From contig BDGG01000004.1 in the NCBI GenBank assembly GCA_001949185.1, positions 4,063,777 to 4,127,776 of the forward strand: a stretch of 64,000 bases of DNA, in the 5' to 3' direction. The translations under genes were made by a program, and so were the position numbers. This document shows, in pieces, positions 1 through 11,155 of this stretch; the first letter of the stretch is position 1; each line of letters starts with the position of its first letter. The notes below the pieces were generated by a model. The model was not told the DNA's origin and ran no database searches. It saw only the letters and a list, made by a program, of their open reading frames with translations. This stretch comes from Ramazzottius varieornatus. Taxonomy: Eukaryota > Animalia > Tardigrada.

Positions 1-949
1 GTTGTTTGTTTTCTCCGCGGCATCATATTCAAGTTTCTTGTTATGTTTCGTGGTGGATAGGTCTTCTTGTTACTCTTTCTTGTTTCATACATGGTGGAAA
101 ATAGTCGTTTTTAGAATCAACGCCCAGCGAGAATGACTGGAGTTTTGTGTTTCGTCTTACCATTTAAACTTGTGGTCTCTGGCCGGTACAAGAACAAATT
201 AAAGCCTGATGGTTGTCTGGCTTGACAGTTTCCCGAAGGTCTTTCTGAATTACTCGTACGCAAAGCCGATAGCGCCGAGACTGGCAACAAAAACTAAAGC
301 GTGAATATTCAACTTTCGATGGATGCGTAGTTTCTGGATCACCGTACAGGTGGAATGGTTCCTCATTGAAATCTTGTTTGCTGTACGTAGTATCGCTATC
401 AGCTTTGATGTATTTGCCCTGACGGCTTTACGACATAGCGTTGGCTGGACTTTAGCCCCACTCGAACCACTCTGAGCAGGGCGAAGGTTCCCGAAGTTCG
501 ACAGAGACGCACAGTCACTTGCAGTTGGACGGAACTATGAGAAATGTCCGGCGGTGCAGGACGAGCACATCGAGCCCAGGCCCATGAACTGAGCGAGCTG
601 GAGAGCTGAGCATTGTACTACAGTTTTCTTCCATCTTTCCCGTTTAGAAAAATGAGTCTGCTGTTATCAGAGAGTGACGCATGTTTTATCGCAATTAAGG
701 ACGGACATTTGTTTGGAGTTGACGCTTAAGGTAAACAGTGAGTGGGTTTATCACACCTGCGAACGGGTCTGATAAGGAATTCCGTATGTATTGTATCGCG
801 AAACGAGAGCCACCGTCGGCACGTTGTTTCGGTTCAGCATTCCAACAACGTCGCTTGCCACTAGAACGTAGATCACAGTACTTCGCCAGAAAACAAAATA
901 CTTCACGGGACAGGATTACTGGAATAACCGACGACCCAATCAACTCATC

Positions 950-2130
950 ATGGCCTTAGAGAAGAACCGGTATTACGTGGTCTCGAAGTTCATTCTGTTC
1001 TTCGTAACGATCCTATATTTCGTGAGTATAAATACATCTTTTTCGCTGCTCTCTGGCTTCCCGTTTGACTCTCGAGAAAAAAACTCACATTTCTCCTTAC
1101 AGATGTTCGGGGTTGTTCTCTTCGGATTATCCGTGTGGATTCTTGCCGATCCCAACCAAGGAAAATACGTACGACGTCTGAGACTTCGAGATGTACAAGC
1201 AGGAGCTGGAATAATTCTAACGTCCTCCATCCTGCTAGTTATCACCTCTTTTGTTGGATGCGCGGCTCTCAATGGTAGCAAAAAACCCAAAACGATGACT
1301 GCGGTAAGTGTTTATCGTTGTGCAGTCTCGGGTTGTCAAGAGTAGTCCACGAAGTGATCTGCTCCAGGAACCCAATTCACAACCGGAAGTCTGTCACATA
1401 GGCGGCGCCACTTTCGGCCTGGCTCGCTTCGTTTTACATGTAACATTCGCGGCTAATATATGGGATCACTATTTCTAGTACTTCGCTCTACAAATTATCA
1501 CCCTTATCCTTCTGTTCTCTGGATCCATATTCATGCTGGCGCGAACCAAAAGCTACCAGAGCGCTATCGACTGGGAGATCGAGCGTGCTGTGCTGGAATA
1601 CGACAACCGAGGACCCAACAGAGGAGAAGCTGAAGAGTTTCTTGACGTTCTCCAGACACATGTAAGGTTTACCAGGACGTTTTCATCGTCCCTTAGGTAT
1701 CTTTTTTCGTAGTACTTAAATGCGATATCATCGCAAATTTCGCGTTACAGCTGATGTGTTGTGGTGGAGAGTCTCCTAATGACTACCGCATCCGCGGGAT
1801 CCCAGAGTCTTGCCGACGTCCTTGGCTATCAGGAACCAGTCAGATGTGGGGCTGCAAGGAAGTCACCAAACGATGGATCAAGTACAACACCGATGCCACG
1901 GCGGGAGTCGGTCTGTTCGTCTGTTCTATGCTGGTAAGAATGCGCAAGTCCGTGGTACACTAGATTTCCCATAGTTTCGATGATTGACCGGCATAACCCT
2001 TCATCTTTGATGCGCTAACGTTAACGGGACCCTATTGACATAGATTTTCGGGGCGATATCCAGCTGGACAATCCGAAGACATTACATCGACTACAACGAA
2101 ATCGACAGAACTCGTGGCCGACCAGTATGA
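950..2130 (+). CDS. Tetraspanin family protein (5 exons: 950-1021, 1103-1303, 1479-1661, 1751-1933, 2044-2130)
   Basis: Spliced product has 4 hydrophobic segments, a 'SFVGC' TM2 end, and a large loop with the CCG motif (LMCCGGESPNDY), 'PESC' and 'GC' before TM4; GT-AG introns are phase-consistent. Confidence 0.88.
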
Positions 2131-2760
2131 AAGAGCTTTCTGGAATATTCATAAGGGAGATCTTCGACGCCTTGTTACCTTCATAGTGAGCTATGCCTTG
2201 TTCTGCACCATATCCACTGTCCAACACCTAATGGCATCTCTTTTGTTGCACAAAATCTACCCTGATGCTGTTACATTTTCTCCCCAGTCAAATATCTTCT
2301 GCGCAGCATAATGGTTGACACGAATTATGGGTTATCGATTATTGCAAGTATAAGTGCTATCACAAGAAATAAAGCAGCTCGTGAGGGCTCTTACAACAGT
2401 TCGTTCCGCACGAGTCACGACGTGCCACTCGCACGAAAAACCGTAGATGTTTTCGATGGACAAAGATAGGGAACTTCTTGACAGACTAAGCTAGAGCTGT
2501 AATTTTTTCACTCGGGCAAATTTCTGGACAAAGCGTCTGCCAAACAACTCTGAAAAATACGAGAGCCTTTCTAAATGAAAAGAGAAACAACAAAGGCCGG
2601 ACACGCCTACAGTCAACAACAAGACCGATTACAAAAACTATAACACAGGAAAGAGGATCCCCGTACGACACACCCTGTTTCTGACAGGTCGCGTGTGGGA
2701 AGCTTGGTCAAATTAGTATACCGAACAAGATTCATCGAATTAGAGATTTCCTTTCGTATA

Positions 2761-4199
2761 TCAAAGGTTGGTTTCTACATAAGGACGTGCGGCCGGTTGG
2801 AGAATTATGGGCTTTGGTGGTCTTGGTGGAGGAACATCCACAATCTCAACGAACTCGGGTTCTTCTACAACAATCAGTTTGTCTCGTTTTTCCTGCCTCC
2901 AGGTGCTTCCAGAACAAAACAGGACCATAGAAGAGACCAAACCAAAGAGCTGCAATGATAAAAGGCACGATGTTCAGAACTGGGTCAGCGAACCGGAAGT
3001 GGGGGTTCTCCGTTAGAGGAAAGTGGGGCCAGAGTTACCTGGACGAAGGCCAAGATCACGGCCGCAATCGCGAAAATGTACATGTTCCTCGTAGCGTAGT
3101 CTCGAATAGCCTGGAAGCATCCCCGAGGATATGCCTTCGCATTGAGGAACCGGGGTCGACCATCGGGACCCATAAGTTCTTGGTAGTCCAGGCCACATCT
3201 CTGGGTACTACGATGTTCAGGGATGCAGCACGAATCCGGCGTGATGGGAAGTTCATTCCAAGCTGGGATGAAATGCCAGTCTGTCGGGCTGTCAACTCCT
3301 GCAGAAAGCAATGACACCATGTAACACCGATGACAAACCGAACAAGGAACCAAAAATATGCGTACTCGTACCGCAACATTGAAAGTTAGTTTGGATACTG
3401 TCCCAAACGGCCGATTGTGTGGAATGAGGCAAATAGCTGATCTTCATGGACAGCTTCAAATCGTACCGTACATTGTCCGTGATCTACGAGGCAAAACAAA
3501 CTATTATGCAAATACGTCCACACGTAAACAGATCAGGGTTAGGCATGAATATATGTTAGGCTGATAGCGACGCCGCATGAATCACGGAGAACGTGCCGTG
3601 ATTACCATGATCATTCTCAACTTACCGTATCTCTGAATATCAAAAAATACATTCCTAAGCCAAACTCTGCCAGGAACAGCGCCAGAACAACGATGAAGTA
3701 CTGCAAACAGAAAAGAACTCTTAAATATTCTGTTACGTCGCACACATAGAAAGTAATGCATAATAGGAAGATGGGCAAGTGATCGTCTTCCCAAGTGGCG
3801 AACACCGTCGGCCAATATCACTGCGAAGGTGCGCCACTTGAGATCGCGTTCTGGTTCAATTTAATGACCAGTTCCCAGCTAATATTGTGCCATACAGGAA
3901 ACATATATTGATTCCGCTACATTTTTCAGCCAAATATCTTCTCTCACCGTCAAGAGAAGACATCGATTATGGGCTACCGATCCGAAACATCCCATAATAC
4001 AGACTAATATTCCGACACATGCTGCAGCAATTATGAAGGATGTGGCGTTCAAGAAAGCAGTTTGGTTTAAGCGAGTAACTCCCGTATCCTTGATATGGAG
4101 CCATATTCCGAGTCCCAGTGCCGCACAACTGGCTAATCCCACCAAGATGTTCAACACGATGAAGGCTATTCGGATACACTGGACACCACCGCGTAACAT
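2761..4199 (-). CDS. Tetraspanin family protein (5 exons: 4199-3948, 3700-3626, 3483-3372, 3298-3039, 2949-2761)
   Basis: 'GCFGSVAHNRCLLLT|YF', 'FQCCGVDSPTDW', 'PDSCC', 'YPRGC'; four TM segments; Pro-rich cytoplasmic tail. Confidence 0.92.
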
Positions 4200-4736
4200 G
4201 GTGGTCCTGTAAAGCCAAGGGGATACGCAGGCGCAACAAAATTATCCCGTATCCATTTCATCCATTTGGCACGATACAACATGGAGAGCTTCTATGCTGG
4301 TAGACCGTAGACACGATGTGGAATTAATCGAATGATGGTTCGAGTATTCCATGAATATCCTCTCGCCTGATCATGTATACAGCATGTTGCTTTGATAGTC
4401 GAAACAATGATTGTTATCCGAAACTGAGATAGTAGCCAAACAGAAAACACAGAACCTCGAAAGAATTGTAAGAGCTTCCTCGATGATGTCAGCAAGTCAT
4501 GGACATGATTAGCATAAGGAGGTCGCAAAAAATGTCTCCTAGTATCGGTTACAGCAACAATCTTGGGGGGAGACGTCTGATAAATTCGATCAAGCCATTT
4601 GTCAACAAGTCGCTCGGGTTTAAAATACGCTATGGAGATCTATTGTGATGGAAGAGCATGACTAGCGTATACAGAGTGCGTACATGCAGTGAGTGACTTG
4701 GCGCACATGCTGCCACATGCAAGACCGTTGTATGTA

Positions 4737-5227
4737 CGAGGTAAACGTCACAATTCGGACGTAGTGATTTTCCCGTCACAATTCGGGCTGTCTAGAATTT
4801 CGTACCTCGTGGCCCGATCCGTTTGTTTTCATGCTATCTTGTGGAGAAAGATCTTCCCTATCTAGCCAAACAGATTTGAGCACACACACAGCCTAGACCT
4901 TGAAGATACAATGCTCGGAAGAAAGGAGAGTTGCTGTAATGCTAAAAAGCCTGGAAAAAACTCAACAGCGAGGCCGAGAGAGGCGCTGTTGTTGCTTTTC
5001 GCGATAGCTGTAATCTACGTCATAGAGTCGGTTTCAATTATTTTGAGAATCCCATAAGTAAAGTAAGCCGTAGGATGTTTGCTATGACGTACTTCCGCCA
5101 GTGAGCAATGGTAGAGCACTGACGCAATACCCCATTGTTGAAAGCGACATGTGCTGCCACCCCATACCGCACATCGCCCGAATTGTGACGGGAAAATCAC
5201 TACGCCCGAATTGTGACGTTCACCTCG
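4737..5227. mobile_element. Tc1/mariner-type MITE (~490 bp)
   Basis: ~50 bp terminal inverted repeats (CGAGGTAAACGTCACAATTCGG... / ...CCGAATTGTGACGTTCACCTCG) flanked by TA on both sides; each TIR holds two copies of CGTCACAATTCGG. Confidence 0.85.
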
Positions 5228-6623
5228 TACCTCCAATGAACCATTGCGCTTACATCTTCGATAAATCAATGGTGGTCGACGAAGCGTAAAAATACCGGCA
5301 ATTAGGCTGAAAGAATCTTGTAACTGTAAGTTGGAAATCTACAAACTGCAAAACTAAAAAATGATTTATTGTGGGCAATCAAGGACTCAAAAGGAATAAA
5401 TGCGGACATGAGGAACCCATTCCTACTCAACCTTCCTTTTTTGCATTTAAGCTGTAAGAACTACGAATTCAGTGAAAATTTAATCGCATGTACGACACTT
5501 GTACACCTGCACCCGTGCAGCCCAGTATATTTCTGAAAGCCGGTTTTTCAGGAGCGGTAAGCCGTCTGGCCCTGCTCCGTCCGGTGTGCCCATATACTTG
5601 CATGCACCATAAGGAAAAAGGTCGACGACTTGTGAAGCTGCATTATTGATCGGACAGAGCATTATCAATTTATGGATGGTCTTGACCGAGTGAGAAATAC
5701 CCGCTTCTCAACATCTTATCATCACACTCAAACGATGTTTTATGTGGTGCAGCTCATACCAATCAATAAGCCAACTCAAGCGAAGAGCCGTATTCAAGAT
5801 GGGCGAAGTGCTGTAGGCTGGAGGAAGGATGATCGACGGAGCAACAGCAAGTCCGTAGGGTCCCTGAGGCTCCACTGGGTACGAGGCGCGGCCCAAATAT
5901 TTTGGAACTAGAGTACCTCTGCTAGAGGGGTAGTGATATTCGAGGAGGAAATTCAACGAGGTGCTTGTTGACCAAGGGGAAAGGGACACGTGCAGACAAG
6001 TTGGGGGCAACTGCTTGACCACACTGCAAAACACAAGTCGAGGTATCGCACAGTAAACGATCGCGACAGAAAGGAAGAAACAAGAGATGGTCTGTGATGA
6101 TACGCCAAGTTTGTCAACTAAGATGAAAGAGGAAAAAAACACCATTCGTTTCGAAGAGACAAAGATTGAAAGGGATAACAATCCGGAACATTTGGGCGTA
6201 TACAGCCGGCGAAAACACCTAAGTTTGGTTATACATAGCTCGACCTCAGTGTTTTTTAAGAGGCTAATTCTCTAGACCGTATCACACGTTCCGGTGTACT
6301 TTTATGAGCTTCTTCGGCTTTCGTTGTCATTGCTATAATGGTGCCAATTTTCTGACACTGACAGACCAGCGACCACCAAATTAGTCTTCAGCTGGACGAC
6401 GTGAAACGTCTCGACCATCGCCAACGTGGCCGAGTAGGGTCGGTAGGCACTCCAGTTACCTTTGTTGGGTGAGAAGAGAGTCTCAACTAACTTACAGAGT
6501 AGATTAGCTTACGACGGTCTATGTCACAAAAGTGTTTTAAGCACCCGACTTAAGGCTGCTGGACAAACATCGTTGAGAGTGATTATTTTTAGCAATGTCG
6601 GCACATTGTAGACAAATCGGTTG

Positions 6624-9260
6624 TTAGACTTTACGGAGAACCACACACCAGTTGCCTTCATCATAATACTCTTCGATAACTTGCACACCGGACACTCTGT
6701 TGCAACACTGGCGTAATTCACCTTCTCGAAAAACATGATAATACCTATGAAACACTTTGTCGCCGTCTTTGCAGCTGCTGCTGGCCACTTCTTGTTTGCT
6801 TTTTAGGTGCCAAGGCACTAGCACATCCGGTGACTGAAACGCCGTTCGGTTAACGTGGACGGGAAGCGAGCACGTCGCGTCACCGATTAGCGACGAACTT
6901 TCGCCACTTGGTTCTTTGAGTTCTTTCTTGGACTTTAGATAAGAGGACTTCTTTTGGTCTCGATTCTGCTCTATCGACCACACGTAAAGAAGAGCCAGTC
7001 CTCCATCGGCTAACACACGTGCGATTTCACTGAGTGCTTGAACTCGCCGTTCCTACAATGAAAGAAAACGAGACCGTTGTTGAGTCTTATCGTGGTGGTG
7101 GTCAACCTTGGGCGCACCTATGCTGTTATGTAATTAAGGGTACAGAACGCACCTCGGAGCTCATGTGATGAATCACCGCAATGCACAAAACTGCGTCGCA
7201 ACAGCTGTTTCGATAGGGCAACGAAAGAATGTCAGCCACTAACACTTCAAAACCCCTTTCACGGCAAATTCCGACCAGGTTGGAACTTCGATCACATCCG
7301 ATCTAGGGAGAAAAACTTGAATGCTACTCGTGGGTCTTAGCGCGAACAAACTTAATAAGCTAGATGAAAGGCGCGGGTATTTACCTCTATCAGTTTTCCA
7401 CCGGAGCTTCCGAGGTACTTGCCGTTACCGCAGCCGATATCCAGCAGCACAGAACCAGGAAGCAAATCCGACACAAAGCTGGCTATTTTTGGCCAGGCTT
7501 TATGGCGAGTTTCGCTGAAATGAGGAGCAATCTGCTCATATACCTATATGGACAGAAAAAAGCTCTTTGTAACGGACAGCATTGAAAATTCTTAACAGTA
7601 TCAATAGGTAATCCATCTGATGGCTAGAATAGGTACAAACCTCGTGCACAAACTTCTCTTCGACATCAGGACTACATATCTCTGTGTTCGTCGATGGTCC
7701 ATTGGGTAGGGTCGCATTCACCTCAGTCTTGCTCACTTGTCCTTTCTGAGAGTCGCAGTACTCTGTATACATACAGCGACAAGGACCGTTTCGAACTTTC
7801 CGAAATGTGAACGAAATTCTTCGGGAGCGACGCCACGAAGTCTCTCCATCAGGAAGATTATCCGTCGTTCGTGGAGCTATTCTAAATATAAAAACCAGCT
7901 GTAAATGCGAATGTCGCCATTGCAGTACCCAGTATAATACTGTCTCCTTGTTCCTGCGTGTTTTACCCGTGTTTCCATGCGTAGCGTGATTCGCCGCTCA
8001 TGATCATGGCGCTTCGCGGAGGAAGCACTACCGGCAAATGCTTACTGGAGGACACGAAATCCATTATCACAGAACTTCCCAAACTAACTGCGCAGATTTC
8101 GTCTTCGAATACCGAATGTGTGTCAACGTGCAATGGAATCCCTGTAAAAGGACAAGAACGGGGAAATATCAGATTTCCACGCGGACCGCTTTTCGAGATA
8201 AACTCGGTAATTATGCCGTACCTTGGCCAGGGTCGTACACGTTTACTGTGAGCTGATCCGGTACTACGGACAAGTGATCATCCTTTATAAATCGTTGCAA
8301 CACATTAGAAAACATGTCAGGAATAGGCTGTATGGGTTTCTGAAGATCGACGTCGTTTGTACCATACTGGAAGTGGTATCCATAGTGGAAGGTTGTGCGG
8401 TTCTTCAGCACGGTACCTGAAATCAGCAGGTCCTTGGCCGTATTCGCGCGGAATAAAGCAATTATGACGCTGAAGTAAGCTAAACTAACTCGAGATACCT
8501 TACTTGCAGGTTTGCCAGTCGATCGTTCAGGGCCCTCTGTCATATTCGCCAAGATGTCATCAGCGAATTGGGTCCACCGGTCTTCCTCGGCTTCGGTGAT
8601 AACGTCCGGCAGCAGTACCAGGTCAGGTGGCATCCGTGTAGCAGTTGGCGGATTGATGACTGTAGTTGGGGAGGAACCTAGTAAGTAACAGAATACAGAA
8701 GCCTTTTCCAAAAAACAAACGAGATGTTTGGCTTACAAGAAACAAACGCAGGATACCACGGCAGCTGTGTACCATTATTTAGCTGGAAGACGAAGCCGGT
8801 CAGGCACTGGACAGCATACTTGGCTGACTTCTCGCAGCAATGTTCGACCAGGACGAAGGGTTTATCGGGTACCAGCCGGACAACGTAGGAAGGTTTATGG
8901 TCAGCGTCGTGGATGAGGTCTTCGACTGTTTCGATCTTTTCTAGGACGCTAGTGATATCCTTGAGGGACAGTCCACATGCTAAGCCAGCGTTTCCGATCG
9001 CCACTGTCTACAAAATTAGTAACACCTGTAACTACAATAAGTATGTTCCGACTGAATTTCCGGTCCACTTATATACCGTATGGCAATAGAACAGAAGTTA
9101 TGGACAGCTGCTGAATTATGTGCTGTACCTTTGTTGGAAGCGACGAGATCTCAGCTAGCGCCGATGTCTGCAGGTGGTGTTGTAGACGCTGCAAACCTTT
9201 CCTCTGACGATGTCTGGACGAACCACTTAGCTGGTTTAATCGCGTGAGCTCTTTCACCAT
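6624..9260 (-). CDS. ALKBH8: tRNA methyltransferase/hydroxylase ALKBH8 (RRM + 2OG-Fe(II) + Zn finger + SAM methyltransferase), multi-exon
   Basis: 'IGNAGLACG' RRM start, 'HYGYHFQYG', '[14 protein letters not shown]|IPLHVDTHS' (HxD), 'RISFTFRK', 'CRC..CDSQ', '[12 protein letters not shown]', '[12 protein letters not shown]', '[10 protein letters not shown]'. Confidence 0.95.
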
Positions 9261-9876
9261 CTTCCAGCACCAGTATGCTGGTAGCGTTCCCGTGCGCCCG
9301 CAGTACAACTCCGCTTCTGATGCGGTACAGTCGTCTTGTCGTTGTTCCACCCTTCTGAAATCACGTATCCTTCCTGCAGCAGTCCAAGAAGAAATCAGGA
9401 TTCAGGAAGAATAGCCTCCTGGATTTCCGGCCATTGGTACTGTTGCACTGTAGCAGTCTGATTATAAGACCGGAAATGCAGCTTCACCACTACAGTTGCT
9501 GGATTGTCAGATTTTGGGGAATTTAGCGAGTGAAGGAGCGCATGCCGAGCGCGATACTAAACTACGACATGCACCTACCTACTGCAGCCCGACGCGCACC
9601 AGCACACATAAATTACGTTATGCGGAGGAAGAAACTGCAACCTCTTTTCTATGCTGACAAGAAACAATCGTGACAAAACAGAACGATACACATTAACATA
9701 ACTTCACGAACTAGCTGACTACAGTTCCGCATTGTTACTTGCGCCGTCAGAAAATCACGAAACATATAATTATTATAGTTTTACACAAGTAACCGTGTGG
9801 AACTGAAGTCTGATAATCGAAAGACAACTTGATGGCAATTTCTTATTTAATGAGCATGATCAAATTTTTTGTATAA

Positions 9877-10150
9877 CTAGGCAGCATTGTACAATTCCAT
9901 ATGTTGAAGACTATTATCAAACGTGTCAAAGTCTTTCAAGTGTCTCATATTGAAAGCAAAACTCATCAGAACTGCTATATAATTTTTCTTCATCTGATAT
10001 CGCTTTTTTCCAAAGAACGAGTTGATAACACTAAAACATCTCTCAACCTCCACCGAATTAACTGGTGTCCATACATTCTGGAGAGCAATAGCATGCAAGG
10101 CTGGTAGTTCCTTCGAGTGGCTTCTCCAGAACGAATCCAGCCATCTGGCA
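9877..10150 (-). pseudogene. Fragment of a hAT-like transposase C-terminal (dimerisation) region
   Basis: 'DSFWRSHSKELPALHAIALQNVWTPVNSVEVERCFS...KKRYQM' matches the FW...P.L...P.S...ERxFS pattern of hAT-type C-termini; no catalytic core or TIRs found. Confidence 0.65.
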
Positions 10151-10262
10151 CGTACGTACAGCCAGCTGGCTACGAGTGCAGGCTATGTCGTAGCTGCGGC
10201 CAATCGCTTCGTTATGCTCCGCCCACACTAGTCAACTGAAAATTTCCAGCAACTCTATTCAC

Positions 10263-10389
10263 CACTGACGAGCTGCTGAACATCGTGCTGCACAGACTGA
10301 AAGTAGTGCTCATCAACTAATCAACCATACGTTCTGGCAGCGATCAACCAAATCAAATGTATAACACGGTGTTCAGCAGCTCGTCAGTG
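10263..10389. repeat. Short fold-back element (~127 bp)
   Basis: Perfect 20-bp inverted repeat CACTGACGAGCTGCTGAACA / TGTTCAGCAGCTCGTCAGTG, extending imperfectly to ~32 bp. Confidence 0.8.
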
Positions 10390-11155
10390 CAGATCGGCCC
10401 TAAAATTCAAAATATTTTGCAGAATTTTTAATTTTTAGATTTCTGTTTTTTTTCAAGACTCCATCGAGTTATCCTTGGACGACGATCGTTTCCTGTATTC
10501 CTATTTGTCGATACTCCTTCGAAGCGGTTAAGACCTGCGACGGATTCAGTGCTGCTATTCGCCGACTGGATCAACAAGGTAAGAGGTTTCACTGTCGATT
10601 GTGGTGCATCGAAATTTATAGTTTAGTATTAAGATGCTCGATTTCTTGTTCGACATGTTGAGGTCTTTCTTTCAAGAAGTCTGTTTTCCAGATTCGTCCA
10701 GCCTAATCGATTGTGATTGCCGAGTAAATGCTCTAGGAGAAACGGATATCACTTCGTTTCGGCCTGCCTGCTGCTTTCACAAGAGTAATCTACTCGAATG
10801 GACTTTGGTAGCACACGTCTGTTATCGATTCCTTCCCAATTGAGTGTGACGTGGATCCAGCCTGCCCACTGGTGTGTAACAGCTTCTCTAGAGCGTGAAA
10901 GTCTCATATGTCTGGAAGAAAATCCCGTTTGTAGACGTAGAACCACTTCTGGAACAATTGTATCGAATCTTGGCGTAATCAATCGTCTCTTTTGTAGTTG
11001 CATGGGCGACTCTTCCCTATTGTTGTTTATTGCAAGGTATTTTTTTGATACTTGTTTCCATTTTGCTTTGTAGAATTGAGCTTGGGCGCGGCGGAGCTAG
11101 TGTTATGCAACCTTCTTAGTTCCATTTGGTAATTTGGAACTGCAATTAAGCCACC

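Noticed and set aside
11075-11105. Possible Helitron 3' end (GC-rich stretch + CTAG)
   Set aside because: No convincing subterminal hairpin, 5' TC end or Rep/helicase remnants
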